DNA of 64,000 nt, from assembly GCA_043821365.1 (NCBI GenBank), contig JBDRCX010000006.1, forward strand, positions 704,001 to 768,000. The letters are read 5' to 3'. The DNA comes from Candidatus Micrarchaeota archaeon. GTDB lineage: Archaea; Micrarchaeota; Micrarchaeia; Anstonellales; Bilamarchaeaceae. The translations under genes and the position numbers were made by a program. Within the stretch, counting starts at the first letter, position 1. Each line of letters starts with the position of its first letter. Of this stretch, positions 57,195 to 64,000 are shown piece after piece. Below the pieces are notes generated by a model. The model made no database searches, was not told where the DNA came from, and saw only the letters and a list, made by a program, of their open reading frames with translations.

Positions 57195-58998
57195 TATGGA
57201 TTTATTTTCAAAAAACACCGAAGCATTTGTATATAATCTCAAATCAAATCCAATTCAAAGGATGCTTGATTTTGACTTTATATGTAAAAGGGAAAAGCCA
57301 AGCGTAGCTGGAATTATACAACCAGGAAATGATGGTTATCATAAGGCATTTTTCGGAACAAAAGAGATTCTCATTCCTATTTATTCAAACATATCAAAAG
57401 CCACTGCAGCACATCCAAATACAGATGTCATGGTTAATTTTGCGTCTTTTCGATCGGCCTATTCGTCTTCAAAAGAAGCTCTGGAATCAAAAACAATCAG
57501 AACAGTTGCCATAATTGCAGAGGGAATGCCAGAAAGAGAAGTAAGGCAGTTAATTACACTTGCAAAGAAAAATAATAAATTAATAATTGGGCCAGCAACT
57601 GTTGGCGGAATATCCGCAGGTGCATTTAGAATTGGAAATACTGCTGGAACAATAGACAATATAATTTCATGCAAACTTTATCGTCCTGGTCATGTTGGTT
57701 TTGTCTCAAAAAGTGGTGGATTGACAAACGAAATGTGCAATGTAATCGGAAGAACAACAGATGGAGTTTACGAGGCAATTGCAATTGGTGGCGACCGCTA
57801 TCCAGGTTCAACTCTTCTTGAGCATATGTTGAGATTTGAAGGCAATCCGGAAATTAAAATGATTGTTGGTCTTGGAGAACTTGGTGGAGATGAGGAGTAT
57901 GCAATAATTGATGCTAAGAAAAAAGGCCTTCTTACAAAACCAATAGTCATGTGGGTTGCAGGAACATGTGCAAAAATGTTCCCAGGTGAAGTCCAATTTG
58001 GTCATGCGGGTGCAAAAACAGGAAAACAGAGGGAAAGTGCTGATGCAAAAAATAAAGCATTGAAAGAAGTTGGCATCATAGTTCCAAATTCCTTCGAAGA
58101 TTTTGACAAAACAATTGCAAACACCTTCAAATCACTTAATCTTCCTCCAATAAAAGAACCAGAAGTTCCAAAACTTCCAGTTGATTATTCAGTTGCAATG
58201 AAGAATTCAATGATCCGAAGACCGACAAATTTCATTTCATCAATAACTGATGATCGGAAAGATGAACCATACTATGCCGGTATTCCAATGAGCAAACTTG
58301 TTGAGGATAATTATACAATTGGTGATGTAATTTCATTGCTTTGGTTCAAGAAAAAACTTCCCAAATATGCAACTAAATTCATTGAAACTTGTATAATCAT
58401 AGCAGCTGATCATGGTCCAGCAGTTAGTGGTGCGCACAATTCAATAATAGCTGCACGTGCAGGTAAGGATACTGTTTCTGCACTATGTAGTGGTCTTCTT
58501 ACTATTGGTCCGAGATTTGGAGGTGCAATTGATGATGCCGCAAGATATTTCAAGGATGGATGTGATAGTAAGGTTCCTCCAGAAAAATTTGTTGAAAATA
58601 TGAAGAAAAAAGGAATTCATATACCTGGTATTGGACATAGGATCAAATCCGCCAAAAATCCAGATAAGAGAGTTGAGCTATTGAAGGAATATGTGAAGAA
58701 AAACTTCCCAACCCACAAATATCTGGATTATGCACTTGCAGTTGAACAGGTAACTTTGAAAAAAGCAGATAATCTTATTTTGAATGTTGATGGCTGTATC
58801 GGAGTGTTATTTGTTGACATGTTTGATTCATGTGATGAATTTTCAAAAGAAGAAGTTAATGAAATTGTGGATATTGGTTATCTCAACGGAGTGTTTGTTC
58901 TGGCACGAAGCATAGGCCTTATGGGGCATGTATTTGATCAGAAAAGATTGAAACAACCACTGTACAGGCATCCATGGGATGATATTCTATTTTTATAA
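57187..58998 (+). CDS. aclA: ATP-citrate lyase alpha (CoA-binding, phospho-His, citryl-CoA lyase) subunit
   Basis: IQRMLDFD, NFASFRSA, QFGHAGA, ADHGPAVSGAHN, IPGIGHRIKS, NVDG, RHPWDDI. Confidence 0.92.
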   Translation: MVNMDLFSKNTEAFVYNLKSNPIQRMLDFDFICKREKPSVAGIIQPGNDGYHKAFFGTKEILIPIYSNISKATAAHPNTDVMVNFASFRSAYSSSKEALESKTIRTVAIIAEGMPEREVRQLITLAKKNNKLIIGPATVGGISAGAFRIGNTAGTIDNIISCKLYRPGHVGFVSKSGGLTNEMCNVIGRTTDGVYEAIAIGGDRYPGSTLLEHMLRFEGNPEIKMIVGLGELGGDEEYAIIDAKKKGLLTKPIVMWVAGTCAKMFPGEVQFGHAGAKTGKQRESADAKNKALKEVGIIVPNSFEDFDKTIANTFKSLNLPPIKEPEVPKLPVDYSVAMKNSMIRRPTNFISSITDDRKDEPYYAGIPMSKLVEDNYTIGDVISLLWFKKKLPKYATKFIETCIIIAADHGPAVSGAHNSIIAARAGKDTVSALCSGLLTIGPRFGGAIDDAARYFKDGCDSKVPPEKFVENMKKKGIHIPGIGHRIKSAKNPDKRVELLKEYVKKNFPTHKYLDYALAVEQVTLKKADNLILNVDGCIGVLFVDMFDSCDEFSKEEVNEIVDIGYLNGVFVLARSIGLMGHVFDQKRLKQPLYRHPWDDILFL

Positions 58999-59025
58999 TT
59001 TTTATCTAATTATAAAAGGAGATTC

Positions 59026-59047
59026 AAAAAGAACCTTGGTTCTTTTT
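59026..59047 (-). terminator. Stop-anchored hairpin/T-tract element (twin of 9303-9324)
   Basis: AAAAAGAAC-CTTG-GTTCTTTTT. Confidence 0.55.
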
Positions 59048-59186
59048 ATTTTACTGAATGGAAGTTCCCTTCTTTATCCCTTGTAAATATGTGTTGCTTA
59101 TTTGCTTTACAGACAAAAACTCCTTTCTTTTCATTCATTGGAGACCAAAGTCCCTGAAATATATGACAATCCGGACATGCTGGCAT
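59046..59186 (-). CDS. 46-aa Zn-ribbon microprotein (paralog A)
   Basis: MPACPDCHIFQGLWSPMNEKKGVFVCKANKQHIFTRDKEGNFHSVK; GAGGTG RBS. Confidence 0.75.
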   Translation of the reverse strand: MPACPDCHIFQGLWSPMNEKKGVFVCKANKQHIFTRDKEGNFHSVK

Positions 59187-59301
59187 GGTTTAACACCTCA
59201 TAAATTATTAAGTAAAAATGCACGGCATTTTTACACTTCAATTACTGGCCAAGAGTACTATTTCAATTACATTTAAAACATTTTCTAACCTGTTTGTTAG
59301 T

Positions 59302-60006
59302 ATGAGAGGCATTTTCGCTATTCTGGTTTTGGTTGTTTTATTCGGATGTTTAGTTCAGGAACCGTCAGTTCCACCTTCTGTACCTAACTCTACTATTCAA
59401 CCTCCGGTACAGCAAGTAAATAATTCTCCAGCACAACTAACGTGCGAAGAATACTGTTATTCTGCAATTACTCCATCTTGTGATGGCAATTGGTCAATTA
59501 GCGGTGTTTATCCTAATTGCAATTGTAATTTCGATTGTGTTGTTATATCAAATACAACTGAACCAAATATTACTGAACCAATTGAAGTGCCAGAAGCAAA
59601 TTTTTCAGAACTTCTTGATATTGCTCTAGATAAAATAAGTGATGGATTTTATCTAAATCACAGCGGAACTTTTACTGAGAATAAATACACTTGGAGGAGA
59701 ATGATTACCGATGGCACAATCATTGATACAAGTACTCCCGAAGTTAAATTTAATGGAGTTTCAATGGATTCACTTCAATCATCAGGTTATTTCATTTTCC
59801 ATGGTGATGATCTAAAAGAAGTTTATGGGGTTGCAATTTTCAATGATGAAGATCCATTTGAAGAATATGGTATTAATGATGGATTTGATGTTTATTATGT
59901 GCCAAAATTAATACAGAGAACTCTAATTGATTGTACTGTTTATAATAAAGAAAATCCGACTACTTTAGTAGTCGCATACTACTTCAAATGTGAAAATGAA
60001 GATTAA
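59302..60006 (+). CDS. Putative lipoprotein with Cys-rich module
   Basis: VLFGC lipobox, Pro-rich linker, CEEYC...CDGNWSISGVYPNCNCNFDC. Confidence 0.75.
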   Translation: MRGIFAILVLVVLFGCLVQEPSVPPSVPNSTIQPPVQQVNNSPAQLTCEEYCYSAITPSCDGNWSISGVYPNCNCNFDCVVISNTTEPNITEPIEVPEANFSELLDIALDKISDGFYLNHSGTFTENKYTWRRMITDGTIIDTSTPEVKFNGVSMDSLQSSGYFIFHGDDLKEVYGVAIFNDEDPFEEYGINDGFDVYYVPKLIQRTLIDCTVYNKENPTTLVVAYYFKCENED

Positions 60007-60152
60007 ATTGATTTTAGGAATCCATCATTGCTTAATGTGAATTTGTGTGCTGGATTCGCACTGCATCTGAATTCATTCTCTGCTTTAGCCAAAGGTGAAT
60101 TCATACCGAAACTCATACAACATTCCGGGCAACCTTTTACATATTCGCTCAT
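60003..60152 (-). CDS. 49-aa Zn-ribbon microprotein (paralog B)
   Basis: MSEYVKGCPECCMSFGMNSPLAKAENEFRCSANPAHKFTLSNDGFLKSI; GGTGGAG upstream. Confidence 0.72.
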   Translation of the reverse strand: MSEYVKGCPECCMSFGMNSPLAKAENEFRCSANPAHKFTLSNDGFLKSI

Positions 60153-60261
60153 GGGTATCTACTCCACCGATTGGGTTATCGGCATTCTACTGGTCATATT
60201 TTCCAACGAATATAAACTATTTAAATCTATGTAATTTTTTATTAAATGTTAAGAAGTGTGT

Positions 60262-60966
60262 TTAGTTGCTTTTTCTGATACCATCCTCTAATTTTCTTAA
60301 GTTCTCCAAAATTACTCTTTTGGTATCATCTAAAAACCTTAAAACAAAATCAGTGTGTTCTGTTCCTTTGAATGCTCTGAAAACAGGACTGAGATGCAGT
60401 ATCGTTTTGTGTATTAATCTCAATACTCCTAACTCTAAAAATGTGGTTGCCCCAAACCAAAAATCAGATGCTAAATATGCTGCTAAAGTAGATAATGCTG
60501 CACAACAAACAAATGCATATTTTGAAATTTTATCTTCGATTCTTCTGCGTTTTAATTTTTTATAATCATCATTCGGAATCGCTACAACTTCAAATTCTCC
60601 TTTTTCATTTCTTCTTGTCATTGTTGTTACATCTTTTGTTAATTGAACTGTAAAACCAAGTGAGGTTTCACCACTTGGTCCTTCACAAACAAAAAATTCT
60701 CTAGTTAAAGCACCTCTTTGCATACTTTGTTCTATGTCTTTTTCTAACGTTTTCTTTTTTTGATCAATCTCATCGATGGCCGTTGTTCTAGTTCTTTTTA
60801 TATCCTCTACTATCCATGTTGGGTAGTTGCGCATCTCACCTAATCTTTTCCACGTTCTAAGTCGTTGCCTAATGGTATCAAGTTTAACTCCTGTTTCTGG
60901 TAGATTTGCAAATCTAGCAACAGTGCTAGCACCTTCCACACGACCGAAAAAAATTGCTCTAACCAT
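60262..60966 (-). CDS. Orphan protein with C-terminal hydrophobic hairpin
   Basis: 234-aa ORF with coiled-coil stretch and two hydrophobic segments. Confidence 0.65.
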   Translation of the reverse strand: MVRAIFFGRVEGASTVARFANLPETGVKLDTIRQRLRTWKRLGEMRNYPTWIVEDIKRTRTTAIDEIDQKKKTLEKDIEQSMQRGALTREFFVCEGPSGETSLGFTVQLTKDVTTMTRRNEKGEFEVVAIPNDDYKKLKRRRIEDKISKYAFVCCAALSTLAAYLASDFWFGATTFLELGVLRLIHKTILHLSPVFRAFKGTEHTDFVLRFLDDTKRVILENLRKLEDGIRKSN

Positions 60967-61007
60967 TTTAATCTATTTAATATAACTGAGTAGAAGTATT
61001 TAAAAAA

Positions 61008-61207
61008 CGCCCCAACCGCGATTTGAACGCGGACTACAACCTTTCCTCCCCGAACCTTTTACAATCTTGAGGAAAACTATATTAAAAGGTCCGATCCAAA
61101 ACAAATTATCAAAAACAATCATCGTTTTACGACAATAGGTTCCAGTTCCATTCTTCCTAAAAACGGGGTCGCAGGGTCGTGTCATATCCAGGTTAGACTA
61201 TTGGAGC
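61008..61207 (-). tRNA. tRNA-Arg(GCG) with 126-nt 37/38 intron (61043-61168)
   Basis: GCTCCAA/TTGGGGC-G73; D-loop with A20; anticodon stem CGACC/GGTTG; T-arm CCGCG-TTCAAAT-CGCGG; BHB with one central mismatch. Confidence 0.88.
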
Positions 61208-61305
61208 ACCAACGAACATATTTAAATATATAGCTTTTAAATTATTCCTGCATTTCATGTAGAGAAATCTATAGTTCTTAGAATGCTATAACCTTAGGTG
61301 GTTTG

Positions 61306-61452
61306 TTGAAACGATGTATAACATGTGGTAGAAATACTAAAGACTTTGCTGAATTTCCGTGTGCAGATTGTGGTGAAAAAGTAATTCGCTGTCATTACTG
61401 CAGAGAGAATAAAAACAAATATAGCTGCAAGTGCGGCTTTGCTGGTCCGTAG
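61306..61452 (+). CDS. Zn-ribbon RNA-binding protein (DUF1610-like)
   Basis: CITCG...FPCADCGE..IRCHYCRE...YSCKCGFAGP; canonical position upstream of EF-1beta; TTG start. Confidence 0.85.
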   Translation: MKRCITCGRNTKDFAEFPCADCGEKVIRCHYCRENKNKYSCKCGFAGP

Positions 61453-61460
61453 GTGTATTA

Positions 61461-61727
61461 ATGTCTGACGATGAATATAATGTTGCTGCTCAAGTAAAAA
61501 TATATGTTGAAAATCCAACGTTACTTGAAACTGTGAAAGTTGATATTGAAAAAGTAACCAAAGTCCAGAAATTCTGGGAGGAAGATCTTGGTTTTGGTAT
61601 AAAAGTTTTGAAAGCAAATCTGCTTCTTAAAGACTCCGAGGGTGGAATGGATAAGCTTGAACAAAGCATCCGTGAAGTTAAAGGAGTTAGTGAATTGGAA
61701 GTTGAGAGTGTTACAAGGTTGGTGTGA
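61461..61727 (+). CDS. ef1b: Elongation factor 1-beta
   Basis: EEDLGFGIKVL, VSELEV; gene context. Confidence 0.9.
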   Translation: MSDDEYNVAAQVKIYVENPTLLETVKVDIEKVTKVQKFWEEDLGFGIKVLKANLLLKDSEGGMDKLEQSIREVKGVSELEVESVTRLV

Positions 61728-61729
61728 TC

Positions 61730-62338
61730 ATGGCAAAAAAAACAGAAAAAAAGCCTATTAAGAAAAAAGAAGAAAGTGATTCTTTTAGAGGTATAGTTCG
61801 TATTGCAGGTAAGGATGTTAAAGGTGAAGTAAAACTTCAACGTGCTCTTTGTAGTGTAAGGGGAATTAGCCATACATTATCTGTTGCAGCAGCTCGTTTA
61901 ATTGAAAAAGAACTTTCAATAGCCCCAACTCACAGAGTTGGTGACCTAACTGAAGAACAAATAGAAAAAATTGATCAACTTCTTTATTCTCTTCAAGATC
62001 ATAATGTTCCTAAATATTTAATGAACAGAAGAACTGATTTCAATAGCGGTAATGATAGACATGTTATTATGAATGATCTTATATTCGAAAACACACAAGA
62101 CATAGAAAGAGAAAAGAAAGCATACAGCTGGACTGGCTATAGACATAACTATGGTCAAAAAGTTCGCGGTCAGAAAACCAGAAATACAGGCAGAACAGGT
62201 ATGGCAGTCGGTGTGTTAAGAAAGGCAATTATAGCAGCTCAAGGTGGTGCTGCGGCTGCTGCTAAGCCAGCAGAAAAATCAGCAAAACCAGCAGAAAAAG
62301 CAAAACCAGCTGCTAAAGCAGCAGCAGATAAGAAGTGA
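61730..62338 (+). CDS. rps13: 30S ribosomal protein S13 with Ala/Lys/Pro-rich tail
   Basis: FRGIVRIAG, YRH..GQKVRGQKT..TGR.G. Confidence 0.96.
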   Translation: MAKKTEKKPIKKKEESDSFRGIVRIAGKDVKGEVKLQRALCSVRGISHTLSVAAARLIEKELSIAPTHRVGDLTEEQIEKIDQLLYSLQDHNVPKYLMNRRTDFNSGNDRHVIMNDLIFENTQDIEREKKAYSWTGYRHNYGQKVRGQKTRNTGRTGMAVGVLRKAIIAAQGGAAAAAKPAEKSAKPAEKAKPAAKAAADKK

Positions 62339-62342
62339 TTAA

Positions 62343-63056
62343 ATGGGCGATCCTAGAAAACTCCGGAACAAATACGAACGTCCCAAAAAATTGTGGGATG
62401 TAGACAGATTAAGACATGATAAAGCGTTGGAATCTGAATATGGACTTAAGAACATGCGGGAGCTTTGGAGGGCAACTGCAGAACTTAAAAAATACAGACG
62501 TGAAGCAAGGCGTCTTCTTTCACTTACTGAAGAAGAAAGAAAAGATGATGCAAAAAAAATTCTTGTCAAGCTTGCTAAGTTCGGTATTCTTAAAGAAGGA
62601 TCTGCTATTGATGATGTGCTTTCTTTAGAAGTCAGAGCAGTTTTGGAAAGAAGACTTCAAACAATGGTTCTTAGAAAAGGACTTGCAGTTTCTTCAGCAC
62701 AATCAAGACAACTGATTACTCATGGTTTCATTGCAATAAAAGGAAAAATAGTTACAAGACCAGGTTATCTTGTAAATGTTGCAGAAGAGTTGGTTCTTTC
62801 ACATGCTAAACCAATTGAGTTACAAGCAAAAATAGTTGAAGAATCAACAGAAACTGAAAAACCAGAAGAAGCTGAAAAACCAAAAGAAACCAAGCCAAAA
62901 GAGATCGAGAAACCAAAAGAAGAAAAACCAAAAGAAAGTGAGAAACCAAAAGAAACTGAAAAACCAGAAGAAACCAAACCAGCAGAAGCTGAAGAAACTA
63001 AGCCGAAAGAAGCTGAAAAACCAGCAGAAGCTGAAAAACCAAAAGGGTCTTCTTAG
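62343..63056 (+). CDS. rps4: 30S ribosomal protein S4 with EKP-repeat C-terminal extension
   Basis: MGDP, YGLKNMRELW, LERRLQT, RQLITHG. Confidence 0.96.
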   Translation: MGDPRKLRNKYERPKKLWDVDRLRHDKALESEYGLKNMRELWRATAELKKYRREARRLLSLTEEERKDDAKKILVKLAKFGILKEGSAIDDVLSLEVRAVLERRLQTMVLRKGLAVSSAQSRQLITHGFIAIKGKIVTRPGYLVNVAEELVLSHAKPIELQAKIVEESTETEKPEEAEKPKETKPKEIEKPKEEKPKESEKPKETEKPEETKPAEAEETKPKEAEKPAEAEKPKGSS

Positions 63057-63065
63057 GGTGTACTT

Positions 63066-63653
63066 ATGACTGATCACAAAACTGAAACTAAAAAAGAAGA
63101 AAAAACCACGAAGGAAGAGACATCAAAAAAAGATGAAACACCTAAGAAAGTAGAAACTGCAAAAACTACCAAAAAAGAAACTAAAACTGAAGAAACAAAA
63201 GAAGAGACTGCAAAGAAAGAAGCGACACCACCTGAAACACCTCCTAAAGAAGAGGTTAAAAAACAAAGAAAAACTCGTTTAGCTGTTGTTCATGTTTTTT
63301 CATCAAAGAATGATACTATAATAACTGCAACTGATGTAAGTGGTGCTGAAACTCTTGCATGGGCAAGTGGTGGTATGGTAGTCAAGTCTCATAGAGAAGA
63401 AGGGAGACCATATGCTGCAATGCAAGCTGCATTAAGAGTTGTAAATGTTCTTAAAGATAAAGGGATTACACATGTTCATGTTAAGATTCGTGCACCTGGT
63501 GGAGTTGGAACAAAAACTCCTGGTTCTGGTGCACAGGCAGTTGTAAGAACAATTGCAAGAACTGGTGTTCGTATTGGAAGAATTGAAGATGTGACTCCGG
63601 TTCCAACTGACTCTATGAAGAGAAAAGGTGGAAGAAGAGGAAGAAGAGTATGA
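63066..63653 (+). CDS. rps11: 30S ribosomal protein S11 with K/E/T-rich N-terminal extension
   Basis: [33 protein letters not shown]...[10 protein letters not shown]. Confidence 0.96.
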   Translation: MTDHKTETKKEEKTTKEETSKKDETPKKVETAKTTKKETKTEETKEETAKKEATPPETPPKEEVKKQRKTRLAVVHVFSSKNDTIITATDVSGAETLAWASGGMVVKSHREEGRPYAAMQAALRVVNVLKDKGITHVHVKIRAPGGVGTKTPGSGAQAVVRTIARTGVRIGRIEDVTPVPTDSMKRKGGRRGRRV

Positions 63654-64000
63654 AACTCACTCTTGATAAAAAACATGCAAATAGGATCGTTGTTATTGCA
63701 AATGATACATCATCAAGTTTTGCAAATGTAGTCAGGCGTTATGGTATGTCCAGAGTTCCAGTTATGGCTATAGAGGGTGTAACATTTTATGATAACTCTA
63801 GTGCTTTTTGGGATGAATATTTGGCACATAGACTTGGTTTAGTGCCTTTACTTACCCCAGAAAATACACAAGCAGATACAGAAGTTACATTTTCACTTGA
63901 TGCGCAGGGCCCTAAGATAGTTCATTCATCTGACCTTGTTAGTTCTGATAAGGAAATTGTTGTTGCACAAGGAAAAATACCACTTGTGACTTTAGGTGAA
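63650..64000 (+). CDS. rpoD: RNA polymerase subunit D (Rpo3), truncated by the window edge
   Basis: [43 protein letters not shown]; overlaps the S11 stop. Confidence 0.93.
   Translation, partial: MKLTLDKKHANRIVVIANDTSSSFANVVRRYGMSRVPVMAIEGVTFYDNSSAFWDEYLAHRLGLVPLLTPENTQADTEVTFSLDAQGPKIVHSSDLVSSDKEIVVAQGKIPLVTLGE

Noticed and set aside
59058-60234. + strand ORFs 59058..59276 and 60028..60234
   Set aside because: Antisense to the two paralogous Zn-ribbon microproteins.
61043-61168. Box C/D guide RNA inside the tRNA-Arg intron
   Set aside because: Only a partial box C-like GATGATT and no CTGA box D.
1-64000. Integrated mobile element, prophage, DGR or retron
   Set aside because: No integrase, transposase, reverse transcriptase or tRNA 3'-end duplication was seen.

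Overview
AT-rich archaeal chromosome segment, with archaeal ribosomal proteins, TATA-like promoters and GGTGA/GGAGG ribosome-binding sites. Gene content and the many orphan and Cys-rich surface proteins suggest a DPANN archaeon, probably Micrarchaeota-like (inference). Housekeeping blocks: L7Ae-S28e-L24e-ndk; asnS; EF-1alpha; L18e-L13-S9-rpoN...S2; SMC; eIF5A-S24e-S27ae-kae1; EF-1beta-S13-S4-S11-rpoD. Metabolism: archaeal-type modified mevalonate pathway (mvk, AcnX + DUF126, UbiD/UbiX, IPK) plus a DGGGP-synthase-like UbiA; agmatine deiminase pathway; GlnA; DtxR-FeoAB; and an aconitase-IDH-ATP-citrate-lyase operon. The ORF track misses at least nine small genes and two edge-truncated genes, which I read by hand. 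It also misses four tRNA genes (Pro-GGG, Ala-GGC, Thr-GGT, Arg-GCG), all of which are interrupted. The most striking pattern: the Pro, Ala and Thr introns contain intact copies of a dispersed palindromic element (GC clamp-TTTTT-N2/3-AAAAA-GC clamp-CAAAAA), often as inverted doublets, and the Arg intron contains degenerate ones. tRNA-Pro appears to carry two T-arm introns around a 5-nt exon. tRNA-Thr appears to carry a D-loop intron plus an 83-nt anticodon insert that may be two tandem introns. Other leads: a duplicated convergent Lrp/methyltransferase module, a candidate ~200-nt structured RNA, a His-rich extension on ribosomal protein S9, and paralogous Zn-ribbon microproteins. I saw no CRISPR array, transposase or integrase. 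All structures were derived by eye; no folding or database searches were run.
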